Positions 12,536 to 26,120 of a stretch of DNA of 64,000 bases are shown here, piece after piece. The notes beneath the pieces are model-generated. The model did not search any database. It was not told where the DNA came from and saw only the letters and a list, made by a program, of their open reading frames with translations. Source of the DNA: Lama glama (taxonomy: Eukaryota); the NCBI GenBank assembly GCA_028534125.1, contig CM052838.1, forward strand, positions 7,316,001-7,380,000. The letters are read 5' to 3'. A program made the position numbers and the translations under genes. Numbering within the stretch: position 1 is the first letter of the stretch; every line of letters begins with the position of its first letter.

Positions 12536-13757
12536 TATTCTGGAGGTGCGTGCTGGCCCGGCGTTCGTAATCATGACAGAAGGTCCCCCCAGGCTGCGGC
12601 CAGAAGAGAGGCTCCCTGGGAGTGAAAAGTCTGGTTTTGGTCTCACTCTTGAAGGATGTTCTGTGTAACAACTATCAAGGCCAAATGGGGATGAGGCCTG
12701 CCTGGTTCAGGGTCATGTGACCGTGGGAGGCAGGTGTCATGGCAGTCCAGGGGAGGGGGTCTGGATAAATCGCTCAGAAATGCTATCATCCTGCTTATGG
12801 GAGGGTTAGCGTTTAGCTATGCCAGCTCCACGCAGGTTGTGAAATGGGGAAATGTGTCCCCTTTTTAGGGAAGAAGCGACCTTCTCTCCAGCAGCACAGC
12901 TCGGACAGCAGGACAGTTTGCTGTAAGCAGTAGCCTGTGCGTGTCCTTCCTGGATTCTTTATACCACTGGAATTCCATTGCGAAATTCAGATCATAGGCT
13001 TCCTGGAATATTAGGAGAAGAGCTGTAAATTTGAAGACGTGGGGAAACATGAGTGGGCGCCGCCCACCGAGTGACTCCTGCACTTACCGCTGAGATGGAT
13101 TTTCTGTCCAGGTTTCTCTCTGCTGTTGGGAAGGGGTCCCGGACAGACACAGGGCTGAGAAGAGGAGCGGCTATGTAGTACCATGTACAGAGCACCAACA
13201 GGGTGATGAGTTACTCATTATTCTTACCTGATAGTAAAAAAAAAGTTATTGAAATACTGGGCACTGAAATCTTGTGAAACTGAAATGTCTAGCGTCTGGT
13301 GTTACTGATTAAGGCACTCGTCCCTGGGGTTATTAGTAAATGTCTCACCTTCTCTGGTTCAGAGCTCCTTCCTTTTGCAAAACAGAAATAATGCCTCCTT
13401 CTTTACTCTTTTATTTTACAGGTGCTTGTGAGGTCCTTTGAGACCCATAAAAAATGCTATAAAATGTACAGGGTGTTATTTAAAATAAAAATCAGGCCTG
13501 AAGCAAAAATCTCATTCATCAGAGATTCGAGTCTCAAGCTCCATCATAGCATTATTAGACTTTGCTTGCAAAGAAAACTTAAAAGTCACCAATGAATCAA
13601 TCCGATGTCAATGTCCCAGTGACTACTGGTAATACCTTGGCCATTGACTAATTCAGTGGTTGAGCTCTACTCAGTCAATGAGTGAGGACCTCAAGCAGAG
13701 AGTGGTAAAGCCATTGTATCTGTGGATCGTTGGCTGGCCATCCAATTGGAATATTCT

Positions 13758-13900
13758 CTTTTTTTTAATTTTTAACACTATTTGTAGGGGGAGACAACTG
13801 GGTTTATTTATTTATTTATTATTTATTTAATGGAGGGACTGGGGGGACCTTGGGGCATGCTAGGCACGCACTCTACCACTGAGCTCTACCCTCCCCCATC
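13758..13900 (-). mobile_element. vic-1-type SINE with deleted B box
   Basis: CTCTACCACTGAGCT (A box, reverse), TTTA tail; perfect 16-bp TSD CCAATTGGAATATTCT at 13742-13757 and 13901-13916. Confidence 0.9.
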
Positions 13901-15491
13901 CCAATTGGAATATTCTAAAACTGTGTGTGCTTGCCAGAGTGTGGGAAGGAGGATGATGAGAGAGCGGTGGATCACTGTCAACGAAACTTTTCAAAGATGG
14001 AAAATAGAACATAAAGGGATTCCAGAGGCAGAGCAGCTCACCCCAGCCGCAGTCTGCCAGATCAGAAAGGTTAAGGAGCAGCACATCAAGGATGCCGCCA
14101 GCACTGCTTTTGCACACATAGTTGTCGGAGCACTGTTCCACCTGCGACCTCTCTATTTGTGGTCCTCCCCGGCCCTGGAAGCTTTCCTGAGACAGAGTGG
14201 GCTGGAGGGTAGGGTGAGGGTGGGGTGCGAGCGTTGGCACCTCCAGCCACCATCAGATGGACTGCGAAGGCGGTCAGGAGACGCGTGTGGGGCTGGCCTT
14301 GGCGCCCTTAGGGTCTCCTCCACCCAAGAGTCTGTGTCCTGAGACTTCATCGGAGCCTTACCGCTCTTTCTGAAGACGTATGAAGGCAGTGTCGGATCTT
14401 TCTTAAACCCCATGTGTTTTCCCACCCTCCTCCCCTGTTACAGCGGTGATCGCTCCTGGGTGTATTTGCTTTCCAAAATGAAACGTTGCCTGGTTCCGTG
14501 TGCTGTCGTGGTGGGACCTGAGTGCCTGCCCGTTTGTGGTTTCTCTGGCCTGGTGGCTGCCTCTCTCTGCCGGCATGGGCAACAGGGACGCTGCCCCTGG
14601 TGAGCCACGGGAGTCAGCACAGCCCCAGAAGTATCAGAAGGACTTTAAAGTCCTCATAGGATGCGCGCCACCCTGGGATTCGTTAACAAGAAGGGGCTGA
14701 GTCTAGAGATGCCTGCGGGGTCAGCACGTCCCAGGGCCTCTCTGGCTTTCCCCGCAGCCTCCTCCTGTTCCTCGGCCCACTGTTTCATCATGTGACCCTT
14801 ACGTTCTCGCCTGATACCTCCTGCATCCTAGGCATTTACCAGTATCGGCTCCCGCTGGCTGTCCTTGCCTGTTTTTCTGTAGATGAACCTCCCTCCTTCA
14901 ATGCATTGATTTTTATTTGACTCATTCCCAAAGCCAGACATCTGACTTCCCCTGTGTCTTTACTTATTTTTCCTTCCCTTCGTGTGGGCGGTTGCCTATG
15001 AGACTTCAGAGTGTTGGCGATAGATTTGTTCGACTCACCCTTTATCAGTGATGCCAACACAGGTGTGAGTGAGTCGTCAGCTGTGACACAGATTATAAAT
15101 GGTACAGGGCTTCGGGACAGGGCACAGTGAAGGCTGGAGGGGCTGGGAGCGCTTTCAGAAGGGTTGCTGCGGCAATTCATGCACAAAGTGGTGAGGGTCT
15201 GGAATCAGGTAGGAATGGGTCGGGAGATATTTGAAGGCACACACAGGGCCTTGGTGAAGGATGGCAAATTCATGAAATGACATCCAGAGCAGCTGGAGAT
15301 GTGGGAGGAAGTACTGGGAAGCCTCGTACCCCTGGGGTGCCAGGAAACGGCTCCAGGAGGCGTCCAAGTCCAGGAGGAGGTCAGACTGACCCGTAGAGAG
15401 ATCTTGAGCCTCTCTCATTGCGTTTAGAAACATTTGTGTACAAAATAAGCCATACTCTAGGACATAGCATTTTGATTTAAAATGTATTCAG

Positions 15492-15635
15492 TGGGAGAGG
15501 GTATAGCTCAAGTGGCAGAGCGCACGCTTAGCATGCAGGAAGTTCTGGGTTCGATCCCCAGTACCTCCTCTAAAAATAAATTAATAAACCTAGTTACCTC
15601 CCTCTCCCCCCTAAAAAAGCAAAATGAATAAATAA
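15492..15635 (+). mobile_element. vic-1-type SINE
   Basis: TATAGCTCAAGTGG, GGTTCGATCCCC, tail AATAAACCTAGTTACC. Confidence 0.9.
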
Positions 15636-17750
15636 GGTGTATCCGTATACATTGAAGCCCATTAAAAAAAAAGAAAAAGCAGAGATGAAACAAGTAACTT
15701 ATGATATAGCTCAGCTCCTAGACTTGTTGGCAGTAAAATTTTGAGAGTTCTAGGGGAAATATTGTCTCTAATTAAAGGTGTCCTGTTGGAGTCTCTGGGC
15801 TGTTAGAAGTCTTAATAAAGGCTTAATATGAACCGTGACACATAGAGGCACTAGTGTAGGAATCAGGAAAAATGGGAGTAGACGCAAAAAAGATGTGATC
15901 TGGTGTTCCCGGGGAAATCTGGCTCCATTTAGGAAAACAACTACATATAGATAACATAAAACAAATACATATAGATACAGAAAAAGAACCCCGAGAAACT
16001 TCACAGGAGACACACAGCACGTAATCAGTCTCCAAGTGAGATAAACATGCAGTCATTTCAGGAGAGGGAGCAAGTGCGTGAACGAGCCCAGGCAGGTGTG
16101 ACTGTCGGTGACCCGGCCCATCTCCAGACCCAAAGGGAGGGGCCGGCAGAGCCCAGCAGGTGTGCAGGCAGCGTCCACAGAGGAGGAAGAACCCCCTGGC
16201 TGGCGGCTTTGCCTCTAGTCGGCGTCTGTCTTCTCCTCGCCAACGTTAACCTTCAATGCTGCAGACGGAAGACGGAGAATTCTGCACTTCACATCTCATT
16301 AGTTCAGTAAGATTCCAATTTCATGTCCCGAAATTTCTCATGTTATGTCCCTCCCAGTTAAGGGGGCACAGATTCTTTTTTCAGTATTGCAGAGACAGAC
16401 GAGTGTTCAAAACTCCTGCGGCAGGTGGCTCCGTGAGACCGGTCGTAGTCCCTGATTTGGCATTTTGTTGCTCTGTCTTTACAGTCGATTAAGGGGAGCA
16501 CTTCTATACAGCAGAAGCCAGGAACAGGTGTCATACAAATGGTCTAAGTCTCTTCTATTCCAGAAACACTGAAACACAGCGCATATTCCCGGTCCTCAGG
16601 CCCGACCTGGCCGTGGACCAGAGCTAAGCCCTCCAGGCCTGTCTGGCCTTCCTGGTCCGCAGTGAGACGTGCCCATCAGAATGTGCAGGGGCTCAGAGCA
16701 GAGACCCCAGGTGGAGGAGACAGCCCACCGTGGTGCCCTGGGGGCGGCCGGGAGCCCTCCCAGCGTCTCTGTGGGCCTTTGTCTCCACTTTGCCTGAGGC
16801 ACGTTATGCAAAGAGCCTGACATTACAGTTTATCAAATGTTCTTTCTAACCAACTCAGTGGTCAGCTCCATGAAGACAGGACCCCTTTCCCATTGATTGG
16901 TCTGTATATATATATATACCATGAGCATCTGAGACAGGAGATCATTAAATACGAACAGGCCGGGGTGGACACGGAGGCCCAAGCAGGACTTGCCCCCAGA
17001 CACATCTTGACAGCTCTCCTTTTAGAAGATTCATTCCTGAGGCGGGTCAGTTTCCGTGTCTTTGTTTTATATCGGCTTGCAGGCCTGGAGGAAGGCCACG
17101 GAGAAGAGAAAAGCTTCGCGCAGAGTAATAGGTAGGAATTCTACTCGACTTACATGAAAAATGAGGTCAAATCTTGCTTTGGATGTTAGTGGACTCCAGC
17201 GAGGGGCCTGTAATGAATGGCAGTTGGTGCCCACAGAGGCCAACATCTGACCACCTGCCACCAACATCAACGGTGAAGGCAGGTGGGAAAGGGGCCCACG
17301 CAGAACTTTCCCACCTGTCCTCCCCCATACCGGGCTCTGAACATCGGTGACTTAAAATAGCAGTTGCTTAAGAGGAAAAGGAGAAAGACCAGAACCTTAC
17401 TTAGAGGGACGCGGCCACCGTCTCTGACATCACCAGGAGTAGGCGGAGCCTGTCTGGGAGGAGTGAGGGAGATCTTTACAAAATCCATCACCAAACACAG
17501 TCCAGTAAATCCAGCTGCCAGGACTGTGGCTAGGAGGGTCCACGTAAGGGGGCGTAACTGCGGCATGCGTGGATGTTGGGGACCCCATCAGTATCTGCTC
17601 TGGGACGAGGAGGTAACTGAGCATGAATCTGAAGTGACCCCTCTTCATAAAATGCCCCCTTCAGGCAGTTTTAAGGTCTACATCCATAAAACAAACCATG
17701 ACTCCCAGATTTTTCCACTGTGGCCAATATTGTATGCATATTGAATGCAT

Positions 17751-17872
17751 TTTTTTAACTTTTTTTGAGTTATAATCATTTTACAATGTTGTGTCAAATT
17801 CCAGTGTAGAGCACCATTTTTCAGTTATACATGAACATACATACATTCATTGTCACATTTCTTTCTCTGTGA
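17751..17872 (-). mobile_element. Short, young 5'-truncated L1 3' end
   Basis: T-tail, TTTACAATGTTGTGTCAAATTCCAGTGTAGAGCA; flanking direct repeat GAATGCAT at 17743-17750 and 17873-17880. Confidence 0.8.
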
Positions 17873-18394
17873 GAATGCATGTTTTAAATATTGAATAAAT
17901 TCATTATCAGCAAAAAAAAAAAAAAACGCCCCGTTCAGTGCAGGAACGTATTCCACACAGTGCGCCTTGCACCACCCCTGGGACCGCGAGCTTGGTCAAA
18001 GCACCCGCCCGGCACGGTTGGAGCGGAAGGAACAGCGGACCACCCTGGGTTGGGGTTTTTCTTTGCCCTGGTGGTTGCTGGCTTTTATGGGATCTTGAGC
18101 AAATCACTTTGTCCTTCTTCCATCCAGCTGCCTCATCTGCAAAATGGGAAGAGGCTCTTTACAGCTCCCGTGTACCTTTTCTGCTATATTTTGTATTCAC
18201 TGATGTATTTAACCACTTATGCGTCCTTTCGCCCACAGTTTTATTGAGATATAATTGACACATAACTTACCTGTTCTTCCAACAGACACGTGTTGCGTAT
18301 TTAAGACGTACCAAGCCCTGTTCCAGTTGCTGGTAAAAGCATAGCCAAGACCACTGTTCTCGTGGGGCTTGTGTCCTTGTGGAGGCAGCACTGA

Positions 18395-18520
18395 ACACAC
18401 ACGTGCACACGCGCCACATCCAAACACACACGCGCACACATTCGTACTTGTGCATGGGCACACACACTCAGGTACGTGCACACACAGATGACGTATATAA
18501 AGATGTGTGCGTGCGTACAT
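18395..18520. repeat. Degenerate CA/TG alternating purine-pyrimidine repeat
   Basis: CACACACGTGCACACGCGC...GTGTGCGTGCGTAC. Confidence 0.75.
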
Positions 18521-19424
18521 GGTAGACGCATTCCTGCCATCTCACATGATGTGGATCCACTGGAAGAAAATTATTAAAAAAGAATCTGGGGTGATAGGAA
18601 GCTTGAAAGTTAGAAGGACAGAGCAGTGCCGAGTGATGGAGCGCAGGGAGTGGGGGACGCTGTGGGAAGAAGCTCCGGTTTTATTCCAGCTGCCGTGGGG
18701 CGCCGCCGGGAGACTGGGGAGGGGACTCGCAGAGCTCTGTCTGCGCTTACCAGACTGCCACTGGATGTGGCTTAGAGGGCGTAGATCCGATCCTGTTCCC
18801 TGATTTTAATGATGAGGAAATAAAATCCAAGTCGCTTAAGGGATCACCCAAGCCAGAATTGGGACCCAGTCTCCAAACTCCCCACCCGGGGGGGCTCTTT
18901 CCATTCAGACTCCTCTGGTCCTGCAGCGACTGGCTGGTTCTTCCCACCCCCGACCCCATGCGCCTCAGCCAGCGGCCCGGCTCGGTTCCCTCCATTCCTA
19001 CGGCCACCAGCTTCCCCAGCTCTGGAGCCCACTCTGCGGCTGCCCAGAGCTGTTCACCCAGCGTGGACCAGTCCGTCGTCCACGGGGTGAACTGGGGCAT
19101 CACAGCACAGACGGGCTCCCCAAGCGGGCGTTAAGCTGCAGAGAGTTCTACGGCGTTGCCTTTCCCGCCGGCAGCCGTCACATCTTCCTCCCCACCTCCC
19201 AAGGACATGGGTCCAGGAATCCCTCCCCAACAGGATCTGGAGGGCTGACAAACTCACTGGGCTCCAGGGGTGACCCGGGTAAAAAGAAGGAACTGAGAAA
19301 GTGACAACCCCGCTTTCATTTGCAAGAGAAAGGCCCCTTTGGGCACAGATGTTCCTGGAAAGTCCAAGGGAACCTCTGCTGTCCAAGGGGACACCTTGGG
19401 GGAGCTGGTTGGTTAAGGAAACGG

Positions 19425-19560
19425 GCTTCTCAAAATCTGATGAGTGGTCCACCTGCAACAAACCACTTGGGAGCCTGTGAAGATGCAGAACCCAGGGCCC
19501 ACAGAGGCTTGCTAAAATCAGGCTCTTGGGGCCCACTCGCTTTGCAAATGTTCCCTGACC
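19425..19560. mobile_element. MER5-type hAT MITE
   Basis: TTCTCAAAATCTG...TGGTCC...CACTTGGGAGCCTGTGAAGATGCAGAA.CCAGGGCCC. Confidence 0.55.
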
Positions 19561-19842
19561 AACCCATTTCCAAAGTAGGCTCCTTGGCTTCAGCGATTGA
19601 ATGTCCCAGTCTGACTGAGTCACCATAATTAACCCAACTAAACGTATTAGAAATTGTTACCCAAAAGGTACTGGATTGTGAGAATACGGGTAAGAGTGAG
19701 AACGCCGGAGAGGCCCTAACGGTGGCAGACATGCTTCTTTGGCAGAAGTGGACCCTCAGTTCCTGTGTGCTGTGTGCACCCCCGATTCCCTCTGTTATAG
19801 TGTATTAGTCTAACGAGGCAGTCGGAGCTCTTGGACCTAAGG

Positions 19843-20056
19843 CAGGGCTGGCAAACGTTCTTCTGAAAGGGATCTGGTAGTGAATACTTTGGGTTTCTTT
19901 GGCAATTACTGAATTCTATCACCGAGGAGGCCGTGTGCAGCCTTGGAGAATACAGAAGCGAATGAGCATGGCTGTGTGTCAAACTTTATTTACAAACCAG
20001 GTGTCAGACAGGATTTGGCAATGAGTCATAGTTCACCCCCAGCCACCCCAGTCCCA
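19843..20056. mobile_element. MER58A-like hAT MITE
   Basis: CAGGGCTGGCAAAC...AATGAGCATGGCTGTGT...AAACTTTATTTACAAA...GGATTTGGC; flanked by 8-bp ACCTAAGG / GTCTAAGG. Confidence 0.8.
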
Positions 20057-20371
20057 GTCTAAGGTGTTACACCCTGGAACTCAGTTCAGTCTTCAGATCC
20101 AAATTATATGATCCCCAGTAAAAGCCCCAGACCTAGAAGGGCGTGCTCATTCTCTCTGGCATGGCCCTAGGAGGCTTACACTGTGAATCACAGGGAGTGG
20201 CCACAGCATGCGTGTGGCAGACACTAGTGTGTTCACAACAAGAGCCAGAACAAGTTGCTTGGAATTCTGCACTAGGGGGACAAGATCTGTGTGTGGCCAG
20301 AGGTCCGCTCACCACCCCCTGAAATTATGTACAGAGGAGGATGAGCGTGATGGTGATGCATCTGGAATATG

Positions 20372-20930
20372 GACCAGCAGCACTGTATGCAATAGCCAAG
20401 TCAGGGAAGCAAGCTAAGTGTCCATCCACAGATGACTGGATAAAGATGTGGTAGATATATGCAATGGAATATTACTCGGCCATAAAAAAGAATGAAATAA
20501 TGCCGTTTGCAGCAAGATGGATGGACCTGGAGATTGTCATTCTAAGTGATGTAAGCCAGAAAGAGAAAGATAAAAAAAATGACATCACTTATATGTAGAA
20601 TGTAAAAAGTGATAATAAGTTAACTATAAAACTGACACAGACTCACAGACATAGAAAACAAACTTAAAGTTACCAAAGGGGAAGAGGGGGAAGGGATAAA
20701 TTGGGAGTTCGGGATTAGCAGATACACACTACTGTATATAAAATAGATAAACAACAAGGTCCTACTGTACAGCACAGGGAACTATATTCAGTTTCTTGTA
20801 ATAACCTATAATGGGAAAGAACATATATATATATATATATGTGTATAACTGAATCACTGTGCTGTACACCAGAAACTAACACAACATTGTAAATCAACTA
20901 CACTTCAATAAATAAATAATAAATAAACAA
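20372..20930 (+). mobile_element. Artiodactyl L1 3' fragment
   Basis: AATAGCCAAG...GTGTCCATC...ATAAAAAAGAATGAAATAATGCC; 3' UTR TACAGCACAGGGAACTATATTCA; (AATA)n tail. Confidence 0.9.
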
Positions 20931-20984
20931 ACAACTCACATATGGCCCTTGGGGGTCCTCACAGCAGCACGATCCGGTAGATCT

Positions 20985-21168
20985 CCCTGCCATGGAGATG
21001 TTCCAGCCACGCCGTCCAGTAAGGCCCCCACTTGGCACCCGTTACAATTGCCCACTTGAAAAATGGCTGGTTCCACTGAGAAACTGAATGTTTGATTTCC
21101 TTTCATTTAAATTAATTTATATTTTAAAAGCCACATATGGCTAGCCCACCATATTGTACAGTCTAGCT
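20985..21168. mobile_element. MER3-like hAT MITE
   Basis: CACTTGAAA.ATGGCT...ACTGAGAAACTGAAT...TTAAATTAATTT...AGCCACATATGGCTAG. Confidence 0.65.
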
Positions 21169-21948
21169 TTAGGAAGAATTTAAAATGCTTAACTTGAAGA
21201 GAAAGGGCCTGGAGAAGGTTATCTCTTCAGCATTTTTGACATGTCATGCACAAGGAGGGGCACATTTTTACTGTTTTTTAAAAAGTGCTACCACATAGGA
21301 GGCATCCTGTTCAATCCCTGGGTCCTCAGGAAAGCAGGCAGCTTTCTCTTTGGGTCCTCAGTCCTGGGACTACAAGTCCAAATGACTCAGGCACAGCTTT
21401 CTGACCTTGACTTAGTGCAGTCTGTAGATCTGCCCAACAAAGTCCTGGAAGTTCTGTTGGAGGCACCGACGTCCTTGCCAGCACCCCTGAGTGGCTCCTC
21501 TGTTTCTGCTCCTCTCCACACAGACTCTTCTCTGCTGGTACCCGCTCCCAGCCTCGGAGAGGTCCCCTGGGGTAGGCCCCCACCCATGGCTACTCTCTGC
21601 TCTCAGATCCTTCTAGCCTTAAGTCACCTCCTAGAGGTCCTCTGAGTGACCTGCCTCACATCCTGCCCTCTTTCGCCTCCAGCAGCAATGGCTGGAGTTC
21701 CAGAAGCTCAGAGGTGCCTCCAGGAACTGGGAGAAGGGCAATCCCCCATCACACAGCGCCAGGACCGAGACATTCTCCCCTTCCTGAGCCCCGTGTGGCA
21801 ACAACGTAATGTTCACCGTCACAGCCGACGTTTACAGGAACCAAGTCTATGAAGTAACGGAGCAGGATTTGAACTCAAGATATTAGACTCCACTCTGTCC
21901 AGTATCTGCACAACCACCGCAAGCAAGGGCCAGCCTTCTCGGACACTC

Positions 21949-22296
21949 GTGCGACGGGGGTTGTGTGCCCCCGAAATTCCTGTGCTGAAATCCAACCTCC
22001 AGGAGCTCAGAACCGGACTGTTTTTCTGGAGACATGGCCTTTAGAAGAGGTGACTGAGTCGTGAGGCTGGGCCCTAATCCAGTCTTATAAGGAGAGGAGA
22101 TTAGGACCCGGACGCACACAAAGCGGGGACCGTGTGAAGACCAGGAGAGAAGACGGCCGTCTGCCGGCCCAGAAGGACGCAGCCCTGCCGACACCTTGAT
22201 CTGCGACCTCCAGCCCCCGCAGCGGCGAGGACACAGGCGTCTGCTGGCTCAGCCGCGTAGCCGGCTTTGTTACGGCAGCCCTCGCAGGCTAGTACA
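21949..22296 (+). mobile_element. MaLR solo LTR (MLT1A-like)
   Basis: GGGCCCTAATCCA, CTTATAAGGAGAGGA, CCCTGCCGACACCTTGATCT..GACCTCCAGCC, TTTGTTACGGCAGCCC..GCA...TACA. Confidence 0.85.
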
Positions 22297-23829
22297 CGTG
22301 GTCTGAGGCTTCTGCTTCCTCGTTGTCGCCGGTTGGCAGAGGAGAACGCACATAAAGTCAGCCGCCATCAACTGTGATCCTCCACTGGAAAAACAGGGAA
22401 TTCACGAGGTGCTAAAGCAGACTTTTTCAAAGCCTCAGAACAACCACCAAAAAAATAACCGGTGGTTTAAAATCAAATCTTTAGACACACATCATAGAAT
22501 AAGCGTATGTAAACAAAGTCGGCAGCTCGGTTTTTATCTTGAACTGGAAACAGGTCCTTGATGAGCAGTCAAACCGCCCCCCATCCCCAAGGTGACCTTC
22601 AAAATGGCTCAGCTTTGCACTTGGGAGGCGAGGCCCTGTGTTGGCGGCCCCGGGGAATCAGTCGCATCCAGCCGGCGTGAAGACTTCTGTGTACCTGGCC
22701 TCGGGATTACAGGGCATGGTGCGGGCCCAGCCAGGCACTCGCTCATCTGTTGCGCATCGGGTCAAATTACTGTCAGAACTGCAGCCTTGCCGGGGAGCGG
22801 GGAGCGAGAGGCAGGCTGGGGCTGCCGGCTGCGCTGAGCTGAAGCTCCCTGGCCTTTCGCAAAGCATGCCTCGCCCTGGTGCAGGGTGCAGAAGGGGATC
22901 CTGGCCTCACAGCCCTGTGCGGTGAGGGGCCGGGCAGAATAAGGCCCCTCCCCGTCACTCTCGGAGGAAAGAAACAGCCCTGACTCCTTCACCAGTTTCT
23001 ACTGCGTTCGGTTCTGGAGGAAAGAAACGTTCAGGCGACCCACCCCAATGATTCGCAGTCCCTAAGGTTTGGTTTCTCCCACCCTTGCTCTTGATCTGGA
23101 TCTGACTTTGGAGGAGAGCCCTTCCCCACGGTCTAGAACGGAGCCTCCCCAGGGGCCCTCCTGTCGGAGGCTGAACTCCGTGGCCATCTCCCATTGAGGA
23201 GGCTGGCCCCGCGCCAGAGTGCACATGACCAGAAGCCAGGCCTTGATTTTGCAGGAAATATTTCTAACAAACTATCTCCTTTCCTTATGCTTTATCCAAC
23301 GAATATTCTTAAAACTCAGAGGACAGATATTTTCTGCTAATTGCTGTTGTTTTCTCCACAAATAGCAAACAACTGCACAATTCACAGCTAATTAGTAGCC
23401 GTGAGCTTAGGTCTACTTGAAGCGTCCCTGGAGGGGAGTGCAGAACAGCACTGCGGGCCCGAGAAAACTGGTTGGGTCACGTGTTCCTGAGGCAGATCCT
23501 AACAACGTGAGAGTGAATGGATTCCATCGTGTGGCTCACCACCGGAAGACGGCCAAATTCTGCAGTGCTGGACAGGGCAGAAATCTCTGAAGGAAGGAGA
23601 ATCCAGCCTACCAGGGAATTGGGGCCTGGAGGCTCAATCCTCACGTCTCTTCCCCAGCAAGGATGTGCGGGCATTCTGCGGCAGAGACGCTGGTGGGTGG
23701 CAGAAAGCGTGGTGCCCCGGCACTGCAGCAACAGAACAGTCACCCTCAGAACCGGGAACTATGAAGAACACGCTCGTCACTCTTATGATGGTGGCCATTA
23801 TAATCAAGAGCAGTAGCAGCAGCAGATAC

Positions 23830-24040
23830 AGCTTTTGGAGCATTTTACTCCATGTCAGGAAGCTTTAGACACAATATCTAATAAAATATTGATCATAGCT
23901 TTTTTAGATAGATATTATTACCCCTCTTTTTATGGATGGCAGATTTGAGGCTCAGAGAGGGAAGTGAACTTTCCCAAGATCACACAGCTAGGAAGTGATC
24001 AGGGCAGAATTCATATCCAGTGTGTCTGACTTCTAAGTTC
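23830..24040 (-). mobile_element. MIR SINE
   Basis: TGAGGCTCAGAGAGGGAAGTGAACTTTCCCAAGATCACACAGCTAGGAAGTG. Confidence 0.8.
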
Positions 24041-24849
24041 TTGCACAGGACACCTGTCCACTCCTCCCGCTGCTCCCTTCTGTGTTCCACATAAATATTC
24101 CTCACCACCCCACCCCTGTGAGTTGTAACTGGAACCCTGGTTCAGTTTTCAAATAGAATTCATACACTTAACAAATGTTACTCAAGTGCCTTCTGCGTGC
24201 CTGGCTCTGTTCGAGTGGCTCGAGGAGTGTGGGAAAATGTAGAGGGGAAGGCAGAAAGTCTTTCACTGTCTTTCTGTCTCCTGTGTTAAGGAATTCAGAA
24301 GCATAGGAGGAAAAAGTAGAGGACAGTGAAGGTCCAGAGTGAGGAGGATGGGGGAGAGTGGGCCTGGCTCCTCAAAGTGTCCAGATCACTGATTCCAAGT
24401 GGTGACATTCTCATCCACAGAAGTAGCAGGTGAGAACACTGGCTCACGGCTGGTGGTCTTTGAGGAGCTCTGGGAGGAAGGAGGGCAGAAGACAGAGACG
24501 AGCAAGAAGGAAAGATTCCACAGATTCCAGCTTGCGGGCAAGATCGGACCGCAGGCCAAGTGCTAGGCTGACGACCATAGGGGTGGCTTGTGCGCCTTTA
24601 CATGAACCCCAGAGGTGACCGCTAGGAGGAGCTCACGTTCTCCAAGGATGTGTCGAGTCACCTAGCACCACTTTCCTTTTTTGGGTGAGAATTCCTCAGT
24701 CGTAGCTCAGGAGTATAGAGTAGACACTGTATAGCCGGACTTCACCCGACCTCGTCTTATAAGAAGCTTGAGTGGAGAAACAAGGATTGAGAGCAAGACA
24801 CGTAAGGGTTAGAATAACAGCCCCCAAAGATGTATGTCGAATAGCTCTG

Positions 24850-25620
24850 ACAACCCCCAAGGGAGATTTCTCAGGCCCTCTCGCTGGGCTCGGTCTGCTG
24901 GATAGCTTTATCAGTGACTTTGATAAAATCATGGAAGTTTACATTTGCCAAAATTGTAAATGACCCAAACTCTAGGCGGGATAATGATGTTTTGTGTGGT
25001 AAAACCAGGGTCCAAAAAGATCTGTCTGGCTAGAAAGCAGGGTGAGATCCAACAAGAAATGTAACAGGAATAAGTGTAACATGCCCACGTGGACTCGCAA
25101 ATTACAGGAGCAGGCTGGATGGAGGGGATGGTGCAGCCTGCCAGCCACGTGTGTGAAAAGGACTTCCACCGATGATAATTGTGGCATGGGCTATTTGCAC
25201 GATGAAGCTATCGAAAATTTGTATTTAATCCAAGTTATGTAATAGCATACAATAATTTGAATTTAGAAGTTGACAGCTTTGTCCTTTCCTGCAGTGATCA
25301 GATTCTACTGGTGATGTCGTGTGGGGCCGTGTTTTAAGAGACGCAAGGATGAGTGGCAGCCATGGCTGCAAGAAGACCCCAAATCAAGTTCCCTAAGACG
25401 TGATAGAAACTTGTTAGATTGTTACCTTGTTAGTCTGGAGAAAAGGGACCTCCAGATATTTGACTGTCTATCTAAATAGAAAAGGTGTGAAATTGGTTTT
25501 AAGAAGGAGAATTAGGACCACCATCGATGTATGTGTATGTGAATCTAGGTCATAAATCAGGATAAAAAGAGTTTTCGCTCAGAGCTCTCCAAAGAGCTCT
25601 AGACTTCCACAAAAATAGGG
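24850..25620 (+). mobile_element. CR1/L3 LINE RT-domain relic
   Basis: ORF 24772 peptide GDFSGPLAGLGLLDSFISDFDK resembles CR1 RT GVPQGSVLGPxLFNIFINDLD, followed by degenerate DDTKL and CAAAAAGATCT motifs. Confidence 0.65.
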
Positions 25621-25659
25621 AGTTTTGCATTAATAGAAAGACGACTAATATTTCTGAAG

Positions 25660-26120
25660 CACCAACCAGACACTGCAGTTTCTGACGTGCTCTTACTTAA
25701 CCTGCACAATAATCCTGAAAGTTATGCCTTCCACCCATGTTTTATATGAGGAGACAGGTTCGCAGAGGTTCAGTCACATACACAAGGCACACAGTGAATG
25801 GCAGAAGAATGAAGTTTCAGCTCCAGGTCTGCCCAGTACCCAAATCCATGCTCTCCTCGGGCATGTTGCCTAGGGAGCCTTCTTAAGGAGGGCTCTCTGC
25901 ACCTCAGATCGCTAGTAGTAATATAAAAATGACAGTAATAAGAGCTAGTGTTTATTGACTGCTTACTTTGTACAGGCACTCATCTCAGCATCTTACACAA
26001 AGCAGTTCATTTCACAGCCATTATACCCATTTTCCATATGAAAGTCAAGGCACAGACAGGCTGGGTAACTGGCCCAGGGAACTCTCCTACCCAGTGCTTG
26101 CATTCGGGCAGTCTGGCCCA
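25660..26120 (-). mobile_element. Two MIR SINEs
   Basis: TTTTATATGAGGAGACAGG..CAGAGGTTCAGTCAC and CCCATTTTCCATATGAAAGTCAAGGCACAGA cores. Confidence 0.65.

Noticed and set aside
12891-12912. REST/RE1-like CAGCAC..GGACAG
   Set aside because: Half-site spacing is 2 nt off canonical and the left half is weak.
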